A DNA stretch of 63,572 nt, filler included, from Octopus bimaculoides (lineage: Eukaryota), in NCBI RefSeq assembly GCF_001194135.2. It is 4 parts of 4 records of this genome, joined end to end, with 100 filler letters (N's around TTAATTAATTAA, not from the genome) between each part and the next. Parts side by side here need not be neighbours in the genome. Positions count along the whole stretch, not along the records: positions 61,878 to 63,572 come from NW_026432305.1; 3 more parts are not named here. One strand, written 5' to 3'. The notes beneath the pieces are model-generated. The model saw only the letters and a list, made by a program, of their open reading frames with translations, was not told where the DNA came from and did no database searches. The position numbers were made by a program, and so were the translations under genes. This document shows, one piece after another, positions 62,012 to 63,572 of the stretch. Each line of letters begins with the position of its first letter. Position 1 is the first letter of the stretch.

Positions 62012-63025
62012 AATAAGCTTGAGATCTGGGGACTGTGGTGGCCAGATAAGATGTTCAACTTCCCTAGAATGTTCCTCATGCCATTCAGTAACAACTTTAA
62101 CTGAGTGAAGTGGTGCATTATAATCTTGAAAGATTGCGTTTCCCTCCAGAAACAGTTCCGCAACCATGAAGAGTGAAATTGATCAGATAAAATGCTTAAA
62201 TAGTCTTGACTATTAATTCTGCCATGAACGGAAACGATTGGGCCGCAGATTTCCATGATATAGCCCACCAGATCATCACAGATCTTCCACCGTGTTTAAG
62301 GCAGTCTGGGTCAAATGCCTCTTTTGGCTATCTCCACACGTATACTCGGCCGGTGGTCGGAAATAAGGTAAAGGATGACTCTTCCGAGAAAATAACATTC
62401 TTCCACTGCTCTAGGGACTAGTTCTGTAGGTTTCTACTTCACTCTAAACACTTTGCAACGTCAGTTTTTGAAAGTAGTGGTTTTCTGATTGCAGCCCTCC
62501 CGTAAAAATCCGGCTTTGTGCAGCTCCCGCCGAACAGTTTCTGTGGAAACTAGGTTATCGAGGTGGTCATTACATTCTGCAGTAATTTCGGGAGCCGTAC
62601 TTTGGTAATCCTTTCTAACAATTCGCATAAGAGTCCGTCGGACCCTATCTGCAAGTTTTGGTTTTCTTCCGGAGTTTTGTTTCGACGAGGAGGTTTATCC
62701 CTCTTTCTCAAAGGCTGTCATTACTTTCGAGACAGTACATCTTGATACACCAAACATTTCGGCTGTTTTTGTTATGCTAGCGCCTGCCTTATGAGCACCA
62801 ACAGTTTGACCTCTTTGAATGTCCGATAGAGCTGTCATTTTAATGAATTTTAATTACCTTTTCTCGTGATATATGAAAAGAAACAGTAATTTTAGCAAAA
62901 CATATTAAGCAACACTAATAATAAATCGAAAAACATAAAAATAAACAAGCTTTGACGCTTTTATAGATATTTCAAAATTATGAATCTGTGATGCTACGTG
63001 TTTCCATTATTTTGTCCAAACCTTA
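62012..63025 (-). mobile_element. Decayed Tc1-family DNA transposon (DD36E-like spacing), 3'-truncated
   Basis: ATG at 62838: MTALSDIQRGQTVGAHKAGASITKTAEMFGVSRCTVSKV...SGRKPKL...WKNVIFSEES...GPIVSVHGRINSQDYLSIL...IFQDYNAPLH...WPPQSPDL. Has stops and frameshifts. Left TIR-like sequence TA-TAAGGTTTGGACAAAATAATGGAAAC ends at about 63025. Confidence 0.9.
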
Positions 63026-63572
63026 TATATATATTATATTATCATTTGATTGAACGCCACGCAACCATTTCCAAGTAAGTTTATTTTAAACTCTTTGATA
63101 CGACTCTACTCTATGCTGTTTTCTCCCCCATCTTGTTTCTCCCCTTCACTGTTTTCTATCTGTCTCTCTCTCTCTCCCCTCTTACTCTCCCACTTTCTCT
63201 TTTTCTTTCTCTCGTTGCTCACACGTGGCCATTATCCATTTTATTTTCCTCACGTGATCATCTTTGTTTTCCTTCAAAACTGTCTTAAGGACTGGACGTA
63301 TTCTGTCTCTCTCTTCTATCTTTTCTCTTTGCAAAGAAAATATTTCTCCAGGGTTCGCTATTTTACCCTCGTTCTGGTCTAACGACCCTCCATGTTTGTT
63401 TTCGTTCGCTTTCCTTGCATGTCTCTACTGTCCTGGTTTTGTTCCCAGCTTTGACCCTCCATAAATCCAAAATTTTATTTTGGTACTTACGGAAGCAACT
63501 GTCGTCGAAGACTCATATTGTCGTTGAATGCTCGAAATGAGGAGTAGATAGATAGCCGACAACTGATGAAGG

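Overview
This is AT-rich, microsatellite-dense and gap-ridden eukaryotic DNA from a coleoid cephalopod, most likely Octopus. The species call is inferred from the reflectin gene and the SINE landscape. Only one protein-coding gene is well supported: an uninterrupted 442-aa reflectin ORF on the minus strand (10934-12262). It has the N-terminal reflectin motif plus seven M/FD-x5-MD-x5-MD repeats, a plausible poly(A) signal and a candidate 5'-UTR intron. The protein is unusual: repeats 3-7 carry an acidic (F/L)DG substitution and a second repeated linker motif. By hand count it is nearly neutral overall but charge-polarised (about +11 in aa 1-180, about -9 in aa 181-442) and has 24 His. The rest is decayed mobile DNA: R4/Dong-type RLE retrotransposon remnants sitting in (TAA)n tracts together with a non-coding TAA-tailed repeat, three tRNA-headed SINE families, CR1/Jockey-like LINE pieces, mariner, Tc1 (DD36E-like) and pogo/Tigger derivatives, and Helitron/Helentron pieces. 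Almost all other ORFs in the track come from microsatellites, N-gaps or the antisense of reflectin. There are no rRNA, true tRNA or CRISPR features. Repeat boundaries were read by eye and are approximate, and no database searches were run.
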